DNA from: a virus
Lineage: Duplodnaviria; Caudoviricetes
Direction: 5' to 3' (one strand)
IMG/VR virus record: IMGVR_UViG_3300033073_000489
Location: 18,781-82,780 of that record
Length of the DNA: 64,000 bases
Each line of letters begins with the position of its first letter. The first letter of the stretch is position 1. A program made the translations under genes and the position numbers. Positions 9,463 through 18,413 of the stretch are shown piece after piece. The notes under the pieces are model-generated. The model was not told where the DNA came from. It saw only the letters and a list, made by a program, of their open reading frames with translations, and searched no databases.

Positions 9463-9905
9463 CCGTGTCTTTCTACAAGTTCCGTTGAAGTTAATTGGGC
9501 AAGTGTTTGAAACTTTTCCCAAGCCATTTTAAGTGTAGGGTTTGCATCGAGCTCTTCACTGGGCAAAACAGTCTCAAGCCAAATGTAGGGCAAGCGGCGA
9601 GGGTGTGCGCCAAATTGGCGAGGCTGATGGAATTTGCCGCTTTCCCACAACTCGATGCTCACTGAACGGAAACGATCTTCGTCTTCGTCTGAGTAGTTTG
9701 CCCATTCAGGGAAACTACTGCTAAAAATGCCACGCAAGGAGTTACCGTCAGACCCGCCACCGTATCCCTGCCAGATACTTTTCCACTGTTTGTCATCGTG
9801 TGGATCGAAATCAGTTCTTGCAATAATTAGCAAAACATCGTCAATGTCCACTTTGCCGTCGATGATATCTCGAACACATCGACTGTAACTGAGCCCGATT
9901 TTCAT
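9459..9905 (-). CDS. Hypothetical phage protein
   Basis: 148-aa ORF in the operon. Confidence 0.7.
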   Translation of the reverse strand: MKIGLSYSRCVRDIIDGKVDIDDVLLIIARTDFDPHDDKQWKSIWQGYGGGSDGNSLRGIFSSSFPEWANYSDEDEDRFRSVSIELWESGKFHQPRQFGAHPRRLPYIWLETVLPSEELDANPTLKMAWEKFQTLAQLTSTELVERHG

Positions 9906-10206
9906 ATTTTTCCTTTAGCGAATAAAGCTCGCGACCACGATCTCTAATTAATGATTTTGCACCAATTGGGTCGTCTTCAAACAGTTTGGCAAACTCTTTA
10001 GCAGTAACACCATCAACTGTTATAGAATAAACTTCAAATGGTTCTCTTTCTTGTGCATGTATTATAGCACGTCTGAACTCTGCGAGCAAGCCAATTGGCT
10101 CGTTTCCTTTGAGTGTTTCCCACATGGCTTTCTTATCGTAGCCCGAAACATCTGCAACCCAATCCAATTTATCGTCAGTCCACTTGACAATAAATGTAGA
10201 TTCCAT
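9841..10206 (-). CDS. Hypothetical protein
   Basis: 121-aa ORF; C-terminus overlaps next gene by 65 nt. Confidence 0.6.
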   Translation of the reverse strand: MESTFIVKWTDDKLDWVADVSGYDKKAMWETLKGNEPIGLLAEFRRAIIHAQEREPFEVYSITVDGVTAKEFAKLFEDDPIGAKSLIRDRGRELYSLKEKYENRAQLQSMCSRYHRRQSGH

Positions 10207-10207
10207 T

Positions 10208-10447
10208 TTATCCCCTTGAGCCCGTTTGGGTTTTGCTTATTTTTGGACCATTGCTAATAAAGTCCATTCCTGCCATTCTTCCCTCGTATACTCGCCCGTT
10301 CCAATTCATTAAGAGCTTGACACTTTTGTTCATAACAACGGTAAGGTTACGACCCTCGTTGAAGGCCATAACCGTTGCTTCCACTTGTCGTTTAGTTGCT
10401 TCTTGAATAACGGTGCAAGTTTCGCTATGTCTCGTCACTGTGCTCAA
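10208..10447 (-). CDS. Hypothetical protein
   Basis: 79-aa ORF in the operon. Confidence 0.65.
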   Translation of the reverse strand: MSTVTRHSETCTVIQEATKRQVEATVMAFNEGRNLTVVMNKSVKLLMNWNGRVYEGRMAGMDFISNGPKISKTQTGSRG

Positions 10448-10748
10448 ATTCTTCTCCGATTGTTATTTTTACATTTTTAATGCTGTCCCATCGAAAACTT
10501 TTCCAATGTTTAGATTCAAGATCGTAAACTGGCATAACATCTTCGTTGACTTTCTTTTCTCGCTTAGGTGTAGCATTTTCAACAACCGGCTCTTGAGGCA
10601 CAAGATCCGAACTGGTAGTGCAAAGCATAACCCGTTCGGTCCCGTCCTTTTTAGTAAAAGCTACAGTAACTTCGCCCATTGCTAACATGCTTCTAAGCCA
10701 TGGCTTAAACTTTGCCATGTCCTTTTCAGTAAAGTTACTGACTATCAT
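10425..10748 (-). CDS. SH3/WYL-like phage protein (DUF2693-type)
   Basis: VTVAFTKKDGTERVMLCT...VYDLE..WKSFRWD pattern. Confidence 0.7.
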   Translation of the reverse strand: MIVSNFTEKDMAKFKPWLRSMLAMGEVTVAFTKKDGTERVMLCTTSSDLVPQEPVVENATPKREKKVNEDVMPVYDLESKHWKSFRWDSIKNVKITIGEEFEHSDET

Positions 10749-10905
10749 GTGCAGCCTCTAGCTCTGAAACACGTTCGGTTAGTCGTGCAACTTCCATTTC
10801 TAGTTGCTCAATATGAGCAGCCACTTGCTCCATAAATTGAGAGGTATTTGCACCAGTAATTCTAAGCATAGTAGGCACGCTCGGTTTCAAGTCTTCGTTA
10901 CTCAT
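10735..10905 (-). CDS. Small coiled-coil protein (56 aa)
   Basis: MSNEDLKP...IEQLEMEVARLTERVSELE fills the gap. Confidence 0.55.
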   Translation of the reverse strand: MSNEDLKPSVPTMLRITGANTSQFMEQVAAHIEQLEMEVARLTERVSELEAAHDSQ

Positions 10906-11760
10906 TTAAATCTCCAAAATTAAGTTAGGGTTCCAGCCGGTTTCCTCGCTGTAACCATCATTTTCGTAACCACGTGGGTTACATACAACTCGTGTCTCAC
11001 CGATCATGTAATCAAACGGATGATGGGTGTGTCCGTGCGTCCACAGTTTAATCTGCGGATGATCTAAAATGAACTCACTCAAATCGCTGTGATATCCACC
11101 GTTCATAAGTGTTTCATGTTTGTAAGATTCATGCACACTTTGGAAGCTAGGACTGTGATGTCCAACAACAACAAATTTCTTGTCATGTTGTTCAGCTAGC
11201 ACACTTCTAAAGTATTGCAAAGTCTTACGGTGACGGACAGTAACATCGATAGCACTCATAGGGGCAAAACTACGTTTGTCATTGCGAATGATTCGGAAGT
11301 CGTTCATCATGCCTTCGATGGCATGCATGGTCAAAGGATCACCTTTGTTCATGTCAGTCCAAAGAGTGCCGCCGATGAATGTTACATCGTCGATTACTTT
11401 AGTGTCGCACTCTAACATATAGATGTTAGGAAATTTGGCACACTCTTCTCTCATGTGTTCGATACTGTCGTAGAACCGACCGTGGTAGAACTCGTGATTG
11501 CCCATGATGTAGATAACATGTGGGAACTGAAACGAACAACGCTTTAGAAAATCACGAAAGCGAGCTACTCTTTGTTGTTTACGACCAAGTGCTTCAAACG
11601 CACCATGCTGGTATGGATTAAAATCAAATGTAGGATGGTCGTGCAGATCTGCGGCAATCATAATATCACCACCGAGGATAAGCACGTCAGCGCCTTCATC
11701 ATTTTTAATATTGATATCCGAAAACTCTAAATGGAGGTCGGATACAAGTTTAATCTTCAT
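10906..11760 (-). CDS. Calcineurin-like metallophosphoesterase
   Basis: SDLH, GGD, GNHE, GHH, HGHTH motifs. Confidence 0.9.
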   Translation of the reverse strand: MKIKLVSDLHLEFSDINIKNDEGADVLILGGDIMIAADLHDHPTFDFNPYQHGAFEALGRKQQRVARFRDFLKRCSFQFPHVIYIMGNHEFYHGRFYDSIEHMREECAKFPNIYMLECDTKVIDDVTFIGGTLWTDMNKGDPLTMHAIEGMMNDFRIIRNDKRSFAPMSAIDVTVRHRKTLQYFRSVLAEQHDKKFVVVGHHSPSFQSVHESYKHETLMNGGYHSDLSEFILDHPQIKLWTHGHTHHPFDYMIGETRVVCNPRGYENDGYSEETGWNPNLILEI

Positions 11761-12313
11761 TTATAAACCTTCTGGCTTTCTCTCTGAGCTTGTCAGGGTC
11801 TTTGTCAAATTCTTCGATTGCGTTTACTAGCGCACGTTCAACTAGTTCATTAAAAGTAATGTCTAGTTCATGTGCCATTTTCATATATTGTAACAGTTCT
11901 TCGTCCGAGAAGTCAACCGGAACTTTAACACGGGTGTCATAGTCTTTATTGTTAACTATAGCATTAATCTTTTCCAAGATATCCTCTGCTACATCCAAAT
12001 CAATGTAGTTGCGTCCGTCCATAGATTCGTAAACATCTACATCATGTTTGGCACATGCTTTCATGTGGGCTTTAACGTAGGCAGGATTAATCCAACGATA
12101 TTCTCTATCATTAATGTAGTCCCAAAGTTCGATAGCATAAACAGTTTGGTCTACGCTGTCGTAGATAGCATGAATGCTGTAAGCGCCACCGTGGCCTTCT
12201 TTTTCGTGGCAATCTAGATAGCGAGCATTTTCGCCGTAGCATTTCCAGCAATACTCACTGCCGGCAGAAATTTTATACTGAATAGCTTCCAAATAATCTT
12301 TTAGAGTAATCAT
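11750..12313 (-). CDS. Hypothetical phage protein
   Basis: 187-aa ORF in the operon. Confidence 0.7.
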   Translation of the reverse strand: MITLKDYLEAIQYKISAGSEYCWKCYGENARYLDCHEKEGHGGAYSIHAIYDSVDQTVYAIELWDYINDREYRWINPAYVKAHMKACAKHDVDVYESMDGRNYIDLDVAEDILEKINAIVNNKDYDTRVKVPVDFSDEELLQYMKMAHELDITFNELVERALVNAIEEFDKDPDKLREKARRFINED

Positions 12314-12747
12314 AGTTCCAAGCCATCCTTTCTTGCTTGTTCTTCGATACGAGCTTGACGCTCCAATTCATGTTGATCGCATAGTGTGCGGACCCATCCG
12401 CCTCCTCTGCGCTTGCCAATACCGCCACATTCTTCACAAGCAATACCTGCCCAGGACTCGGCCATGCTCACTAGTCCGTGAACATAGTCATCCCCGCCTT
12501 GATAGTAAAAACGAAGTCCGCCGAACTTTTCTTTGATCTGTTCTACAACAACTTGTGGACAAACTTCTTCGTTCTTGTTCACATGTTCAATATGTTGCTG
12601 GATGCTGGCGCACAGTCTTTCAAGGATTGGATACCAACCCTTGCCCACAGCAAATCCACCGTATGCCCCAGGAAACATTTTAGGATAGGATTTCTCCATC
12701 CGTTGTGCAAACTTTTCATATTCTATAAATTCTTGATCTTCGTTCAT
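12310..12747 (-). CDS. Hypothetical phage protein with C-terminal Cys cluster
   Basis: QIKEKFGGLRFY and CEECG...TLC pattern. Confidence 0.7.
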   Translation of the reverse strand: MNEDQEFIEYEKFAQRMEKSYPKMFPGAYGGFAVGKGWYPILERLCASIQQHIEHVNKNEEVCPQVVVEQIKEKFGGLRFYYQGGDDYVHGLVSMAESWAGIACEECGGIGKRRGGGWVRTLCDQHELERQARIEEQARKDGLEL

Positions 12748-13451
12748 TGAAATGCCTTTACATAATTTAATCTAGTTACAGGAACATCTTGATGCTTCCA
12801 ATGCGTAGAATGGTCTTTTACTTTGCCTTTTATAATTACGCAGGCCCCCAATTTTAGGTCAACTTTACTCATCCATGAAACCATCATATTGTTGATTATA
12901 GCATCAATATTAAACGCATCAAAGTTCTTTGAACGTTTTGAACTAATAACATCGCAGTCCAAATCTAAAACTTCAGCACCAACAGGAGCCAAGTAGCCAA
13001 TGTCTACAGTCTTAATACGCTTTTCAAATTGAGTCTTTGCATAGTCACGCTTGTATGTGCTAGGCAAACAGGCAATAAACCCAAACTTGTTTAGAGGAAC
13101 ATCTTCTGCATTTAACAGTGAGTTCACTTCTGTTTGAAACTCGTTGTCACCCTGAATAGCAGAAAACATCAACCTCTTATAAAACTTTTGGATTTCAGTT
13201 GCTAACTCTCTATCATCCAAGTTAGTTGAAATTAGCTGTGGCATTGTTTTTGGATCTGCGTAGGTTGTTTTGTCCTCGCCTAAGGCCACGAGCATTAAAG
13301 TTTTATTAGCGTGTTTGTATGCTACGGTTACTCCGTCGCTAGCTGTAACGGCTTCAACGCTTTTGATATAATCTTTATTTGATCGTTGGGCGGCGCAAGC
13401 CAATTCGAGCACCGTTTGCAATGGATAACGATTTACGGCTTCTTTTGCCAT
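12744..13451 (-). CDS. Hypothetical phage protein
   Basis: 235-aa ORF; possible OB-like C-terminus. Confidence 0.7.
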   Translation of the reverse strand: MAKEAVNRYPLQTVLELACAAQRSNKDYIKSVEAVTASDGVTVAYKHANKTLMLVALGEDKTTYADPKTMPQLISTNLDDRELATEIQKFYKRLMFSAIQGDNEFQTEVNSLLNAEDVPLNKFGFIACLPSTYKRDYAKTQFEKRIKTVDIGYLAPVGAEVLDLDCDVISSKRSKNFDAFNIDAIINNMMVSWMSKVDLKLGACVIIKGKVKDHSTHWKHQDVPVTRLNYVKAFQ

Positions 13452-13484
13452 TTTAAGTCCAAGTGGTTAATTTATACTTGTATT

Positions 13485-14150
13485 TTACATGAAAATAGAA
13501 TCTTCGTCAACCTTCATTAATCGAACGTATACTTTTTTGGCTAATTCACGTAGGACTGCACTATTAACATTTTCAAAATGGGATACGTATTCTAATAAAT
13601 TTGGACTAGCGTAATTGCCGCTGACCTTTAATCTGCTAAGGCTAGTAAATTTGGACATATATCTCAACGCCCTGCCTTTGCCCAAACTTCTGCAGAGTTC
13701 GATCGCAATGCTTAATGCATACGCATCAATCTCGTCAGGGTCTCCCAGATATCGATAAATGCTACCGCTACTGTCCCAATAAGTTTTATAGTGGCGTTTT
13801 CTACTTTGCCTTTGGTGTTTAAATTCGTGGACTACTGCATCAAAAATTTGTATTAGCAAGTTACCAACATGAAACTGATCCCATTCTAAATCTTTAGGAA
13901 AGTTGTGATGGATAATAACTTCTATTGCAGTATCTTTATTTTTATCGTCTTCAGGGTCATAATATGCGTTAACATAAAATTCTTCCTGATTCATTCTATT
14001 AGATCTTGCTGATCTAAGTTTTAAATCAATCCCCTGCGTTCTAAACTCTTTGCGAGTTTTAGTTAACAGGTTTTGGAAACTAGTTGTAGGTTTGCAACTG
14101 TCTTTAACTGTCTTGCAGATCTGCGCAACTAGTTCCAATACCGAGTTCAT
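13485..14150 (-). CDS. HExxH metallopeptidase-like protein (resembles 5705-6433)
   Basis: VVHEFKHQRQ and YLGDPDEIDAY. Confidence 0.65.
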   Translation of the reverse strand: MNSVLELVAQICKTVKDSCKPTTSFQNLLTKTRKEFRTQGIDLKLRSARSNRMNQEEFYVNAYYDPEDDKNKDTAIEVIIHHNFPKDLEWDQFHVGNLLIQIFDAVVHEFKHQRQSRKRHYKTYWDSSGSIYRYLGDPDEIDAYALSIAIELCRSLGKGRALRYMSKFTSLSRLKVSGNYASPNLLEYVSHFENVNSAVLRELAKKVYVRLMKVDEDSIFM

Positions 14151-14151
14151 A

Positions 14152-14370
14152 TTATAACCTATAAGTTACTCTGCCCTTTGTTAAGTCGTATGGGCTGACT
14201 TCTACTTTAACGCTATCCCCTAGGATAACTTTAATCTTATGTTGTTTCAACTTACCGCCCATGTAGCATAGTAGCACATGGCTTTGTCCGTCAACTTTTA
14301 CCCTAAACATATTACCCGGAAGGACTTCTTCAACCTTACCGGTTAGTTCAATTAAATCTTGCTTGCTCAT
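14152..14370 (-). CDS. infA: Translation initiation factor IF-1
   Basis: 72 aa; GKVEEVLPGNMFRV, GDSVKVEVSPYDLTKGRVTYR. Confidence 0.95.
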   Translation of the reverse strand: MSKQDLIELTGKVEEVLPGNMFRVKVDGQSHVLLCYMGGKLKQHKIKVILGDSVKVEVSPYDLTKGRVTYRL

Positions 14371-14537
14371 GGTTTAGTAATAATTAGTGCGCCGTTTTCA
14401 ACTGTTATATTCAAAACATCTCCCTCTTTCCATCCCTGAGCTTCGCATATCTCAGGCGGTATTTTTAGCATGACATTATCGGGGTCGCCGTCAATATCTT
14501 CAAACAGTTCCTCAACTGTGTAGGTTAATTTAGTCAT
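14367..14537 (-). CDS. AbrB/MazE/SpoVT-like DNA-binding protein (56 aa)
   Basis: Manual ORF: LKIPPEICEAQGWKEGDVLNITVENGALII. Confidence 0.7.
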   Translation of the reverse strand: MTKLTYTVEELFEDIDGDPDNVMLKIPPEICEAQGWKEGDVLNITVENGALIITKP

Positions 14538-14548
14538 CGTGTATTTAC

Positions 14549-14938
14549 TTAAACAAAATCGTCATCGTAAGGAACTGGAAACCATCCTAGCTTGTCAAGA
14601 TCGTTAAGTATTTCTTCTTTGACTTCGCCCTCGGATGCATAACCTTTTTCGTCCCACCATTCGTTTTCTTTATCGTCATATTCTACATTTCGAATACCAG
14701 AGCAGTAATAGTCCATGTAGTCTTCGCCTGCATTGCGAAGATCTGCAACAATACCGCCGGCACCTCTCCAACTAGCAGACCAATAATTTTCTGCTAGAAT
14801 AGGCCAAGTGTCTCGTTTACACCATTGCATATTACACCATGCCGCATACAAATTTTGGGCATAGCGCCTATCTTCCGCACGAATCTTAGCCATTATTTCA
14901 GGGCAGTTGCGAATGTCTTCAACTAGGTCGTATTTCAT
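14549..14938 (-). CDS. Hypothetical phage protein
   Basis: 129-aa ORF, YAQNLYAA...WSASWRGAG. Confidence 0.7.
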   Translation of the reverse strand: MKYDLVEDIRNCPEIMAKIRAEDRRYAQNLYAAWCNMQWCKRDTWPILAENYWSASWRGAGGIVADLRNAGEDYMDYYCSGIRNVEYDDKENEWWDEKGYASEGEVKEEILNDLDKLGWFPVPYDDDFV

Positions 14939-15252
14939 TAAGGATGCCAGTTTCCGTTAATACAATGGAGTAACTCGTGACCAAGTGTATGTTGATTGGT
15001 AGTTTTGCCAACGATGATAGTGCATTCAGTATCAGTCCAAAAACTACAACCTTGAACTGCATAACCAAATCCGTTATTTCCTACACGTCTACTTTCTCGC
15101 TCGCAGGCTTGCGTAGGATTCTTTTCAAATCTAAAACTTACAGTCATAGTCTTGTTAGGACTTGTAATTCGAACAGGTGTAGTAGGATTATCGTTATATG
15201 CAAAAGCGCACATCGATATACTTGCCAAAACTGCTGAAATCATTGCCTTCAT
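14938..15252 (-). CDS. Secreted HExxH peptidase-like protein
   Basis: Signal peptide; LGHELLHC. Confidence 0.65.
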   Translation of the reverse strand: MKAMISAVLASISMCAFAYNDNPTTPVRITSPNKTMTVSFRFEKNPTQACERESRRVGNNGFGYAVQGCSFWTDTECTIIVGKTTNQHTLGHELLHCINGNWHP

Positions 15253-15278
15253 TGTATGCCTTTCAAAGTTGCCTAAAA

Positions 15279-15377
15279 TGGTGCAGGCGGTAGGATTCGA
15301 ACCTACAAAGGCGCTCTAAGAGCTAGCCCCGTTCCCTCCCCGAAGGGAGGAGGTCTACCAATTCCACTCACGTCTGC
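15279..15377 (-). ncRNA. tRNA-like RNA without a canonical anticodon loop
   Basis: GCAGACG/CGCCUGC-ACCA acceptor, Leu-like D loop, GUAGG-UUCGAAU-CCUAC T arm; the anticodon arm is CUCCC-UUCG-GGGAG. Confidence 0.75.
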
Positions 15378-15383
15378 ATTTGT

Positions 15384-15412
15384 ATTATATAGTTATTTTG
15401 AGTAAAAGTCAA
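15384..15412 (-). promoter_or_regulatory. sigma70-type promoter for the tRNA-like RNA
   Basis: TTGACT-N17-TATAAT, -10 box 6 nt before the RNA 5' end. Confidence 0.75.
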
Positions 15413-15438
15413 CTCAGTTTGGCTCATTTTGATAGAAC

Positions 15439-15446
15439 TATAAATA
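15439..15446 (+). promoter_or_regulatory. T4-type late promoter
   Basis: TATAAATA 22 nt before the first island gene. Confidence 0.6.
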
Positions 15447-15468
15447 CCCATATTATGAGGAATTAACG

Positions 15469-16410
15469 ATGATTAAATTTATTTTGGCTAGTTTTTTATT
15501 TTGCACGACAGCATTGGCATTTGAACCAATTGGAAAGCCAATTACCATTATCACTGGGTTTGCGCCCGGTGCAACCGATCAAGCATTAAAGCCATATACC
15601 GATGCTTTAGCAAATAGTGGATACACGTTTATAATTGAGCGCAGACCCGGTGCCGGTGGAATGATTGCATTAAATCATTTTGCAAATAATTCACCAGCTG
15701 ATGGGTTTACACTATTTGCTACAGCATCGTCGATGTTTACAGTTGCTCCGTTGTTTACACCCGAAACAGTTGCGCATAACGGTGTTATACCTATAACAAC
15801 ATTAAGCGCCGGGCCGATAGTTTTAGTTGCTAGTCGAGATTCATCGATCAAAACGTTTGATGACTTTAAGAAAACAGTCCAACAAAATACTACGCCTCCT
15901 ATCGCAGTCCCTTCATTATTCTTTCAAGCCGGTGCAGAATATATTGCAACTAAGATTAATAAGAATGCAACAATTACAACGGCAATGTATAAATCTGGGC
16001 CAGATGCGTTACGAGATATCGTAGGAGGACATGCACAACTAGGAGTGATACAGTTATCGGTTGTTGCACCTATGCTAACATCTGATAAAATCTCAATCCT
16101 TGCAATTAGCGGAGAAACTAGATTAGATACCTTAACTAATGTTCCAACATTCTCTGAAAAGATTAAAGGTATTAATCCACGAATTGAAGCTAGCTGGGGT
16201 ATTGCATTGCCGTTGGGAACCCCTCCGGAAATTCAAAAATTTTATAATGATTTTTTCTTACAGGTTGCACAACAAGAATCAACTAAGAAAGCCTTGGCAG
16301 TTAATTACATGATTATTCCAAAGAACTACTTAGGAAGGCAAGCATTTGACAAACGTATTGCAGAAGAAACCGAAATGTGGTCGTCGGTGCTGCACAGGAT
16401 TCCAAAATGA
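15469..16410 (+). CDS. Bug/TctC tripartite tricarboxylate transporter substrate-binding protein
   Basis: Signal peptide; KPITIITGFAPGATD, ERRPGAGGMIA, APADG-like segment, WGIALPLGTPPEI. Confidence 0.85.
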   Translation: MIKFILASFLFCTTALAFEPIGKPITIITGFAPGATDQALKPYTDALANSGYTFIIERRPGAGGMIALNHFANNSPADGFTLFATASSMFTVAPLFTPETVAHNGVIPITTLSAGPIVLVASRDSSIKTFDDFKKTVQQNTTPPIAVPSLFFQAGAEYIATKINKNATITTAMYKSGPDALRDIVGGHAQLGVIQLSVVAPMLTSDKISILAISGETRLDTLTNVPTFSEKIKGINPRIEASWGIALPLGTPPEIQKFYNDFFLQVAQQESTKKALAVNYMIIPKNYLGRQAFDKRIAEETEMWSSVLHRIPK

Positions 16411-16592
16411 GTTTTGAGCAAACTAATCCCTCAGACAATTCTGACCAACAGCCGTATGTTGGCCGCGGTCAAAGTGACTGGGCAGGCAGCGGAGTTGTAA
16501 TCTATCGAAAAGAAGATAAAGGTCGGAAACAAGACCCTCAAACAAATATGCCCGGTGGTTTACCTAATATGGAGACCGGAGATGACGACTAA
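16407..16592 (+). CDS. Small acidic disordered protein (61 aa)
   Basis: ATGA overlap with upstream stop; MSFEQTNPSD...METGDDD. Confidence 0.55.
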   Translation: MSFEQTNPSDNSDQQPYVGRGQSDWAGSGVVIYRKEDKGRKQDPQTNMPGGLPNMETGDDD

Positions 16593-17292
16593 GCAGTATC
16601 TTAACGTAGTAGTCGATCAGGAAACAAAAGGTATTCTAACACGATGTTCAACACCAAGTGTTGCAAATGCTGTTGCTAGAGGAATCCCAAACAGCTCAAT
16701 GATGATAATTGAGTTTCCGTTTATGAAGCACGAGATTGTTAATTATCAAACTGACATAAACTTAAATTATAAACTCTTAAGGAAGTTGTATCCCCAACAT
16801 TCTGATGTGATTCCTCTAGACAGCGAAAGCAATGTGTTTGAAGTAGTTGACGATACACCGTCAGGCCGGCCCTTTGATATAATACCGATGGACGCTACAC
16901 CTGCTTGGATTGAACAACGAAAAATTGCAAATTTTAAAGCATTTGCATTTAATGACTTAGAGAACAGATGTGACAGATATCTAGCACGTATAGAAACATT
17001 TAGTCACGATGAACTATTTTATCAATACCTTGCAAAAGAACTTGAGCAAGTAAACGTTGATGATAATTACTATCCGGTAGGAATCACTGAATGGGCTGAA
17101 ATTAACGACATGAGTAATTTTGCAGCATACCAAGAACTTAAGATGAACTACCAGTCTAATGGAATTATTCTTATGCGCATTCATGCAATATGGAATAGAT
17201 ACCAGGACCTGATTAATGGTATAAGCACATATGATGAGTTATGGAAATTAGTATACCAGGTAGAAACAGAGTTAAGGTTTGGTAAGAGATGA
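16582..17292 (+). CDS. Hypothetical island protein
   Basis: Start moved to MTTKQY (GGAG SD). Confidence 0.7.
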   Translation: MTTKQYLNVVVDQETKGILTRCSTPSVANAVARGIPNSSMMIIEFPFMKHEIVNYQTDINLNYKLLRKLYPQHSDVIPLDSESNVFEVVDDTPSGRPFDIIPMDATPAWIEQRKIANFKAFAFNDLENRCDRYLARIETFSHDELFYQYLAKELEQVNVDDNYYPVGITEWAEINDMSNFAAYQELKMNYQSNGIILMRIHAIWNRYQDLINGISTYDELWKLVYQVETELRFGKR

Positions 17293-18374
17293 AATCAGTT
17301 ACTGCAAGTTTAGCATTAGAGCTTAAGGATCTAAGAGCATTAGACATTATTAAAAATTATCCGGATATTGATATCTACAGACAAACACATGTATTGATAG
17401 GACAGTCTTGGATTCTTGATAGGACGCAAACTGTGCAATTACCATTTCGCAGCACAGTATTAGTTGAACATCAATTACCTGACTTTACGCTTATACCTGA
17501 ATACGACTTATTAGATATTTGCCTCAGACGTGCGGCTGAATTGATTAGCACTAATCGTCAGTTATTCTTCTTCTGGTCTGGCGGCATTGATTCTACGCTA
17601 GGATTAGTTAGTTTTTTAAAATTAGGTATCCCATTAGATCAAGTAACTGTAGTATGTAATAATGATAGCATACGAGAAAATTTAAAATTTTATCAGGATC
17701 ACATTCGTGGAAAATTTAAGTTAATATCGTCTGAATTAATGATGCAACAAATGAAGACTACGCAAATTGACGGAATCATTGTAAGTTCAGAACATGGCGA
17801 CTTAATGTATGGTCAAGATTTTGGCCATGCAATGTTTGAGATGTTTGGGACTAACTATTTGCGTGAAAAGCCAACTCGTGAGAATATTACTAAATTTTTT
17901 AGGCAAGGTAAGATGTCTGACCAAGCTGCTAACTGTTGGTATGATTTATATATGGATAGTGCAAAAATGTCGCCTAGACCGATAGACACAACTTATGACT
18001 TTAGCTGGTGGGCCGGGTTTAATTGGAGGTGGCAATGGGCCAAAGAAAAAATTAAAATTAGGACTGCAATTGACCTAGACATTAGAACTTTCTTTTCAAC
18101 GCACGAGTTTCAAAAATGGTCTGTAAATCATACACAGTCAGACATGAAAAATAAACGAGATATTAAAATAGAGTTTAAGAAAATTATATTAGACTATACA
18201 CACGACCAGACATACTTTGACACTAAGATCAAACATCCGTCTGTTACAATGTATTATGGCGGAAATTCTTTTGTAGCAATTGATGAGCAAGGAAAGAAAA
18301 TATCTGCAAACGACTTTACAATATTAGACTATTACCAGAGTGATAATTTTATAGCAAACTGGCTCAAGTCATAG
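17289..18374 (+). CDS. AsnB-like / PP-loop adenylating enzyme
   Basis: FFWSGGIDST PP-loop, SSEHGDLMYG, DFSWW. Confidence 0.75.
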   Translation: MKSVTASLALELKDLRALDIIKNYPDIDIYRQTHVLIGQSWILDRTQTVQLPFRSTVLVEHQLPDFTLIPEYDLLDICLRRAAELISTNRQLFFFWSGGIDSTLGLVSFLKLGIPLDQVTVVCNNDSIRENLKFYQDHIRGKFKLISSELMMQQMKTTQIDGIIVSSEHGDLMYGQDFGHAMFEMFGTNYLREKPTRENITKFFRQGKMSDQAANCWYDLYMDSAKMSPRPIDTTYDFSWWAGFNWRWQWAKEKIKIRTAIDLDIRTFFSTHEFQKWSVNHTQSDMKNKRDIKIEFKKIILDYTHDQTYFDTKIKHPSVTMYYGGNSFVAIDEQGKKISANDFTILDYYQSDNFIANWLKS

Positions 18375-18399
18375 AAAAAGGACCCGAAGGTCCTTTTCT
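18373..18399. terminator. Bidirectional intrinsic terminator
   Basis: AAAAGGACC-CGAA-GGTCCTTTT between convergent genes. Confidence 0.85.
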
Positions 18400-18413
18400 A
18401 TTAGTGTTACTAA

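Noticed and set aside
16407-16592. Lasso peptide precursor
   Set aside because: No YxxP-x-L leader or penultimate Thr pattern, and no B1/B2 (RRE/transglutaminase) genes recognised; kept only as a weak precursor idea.
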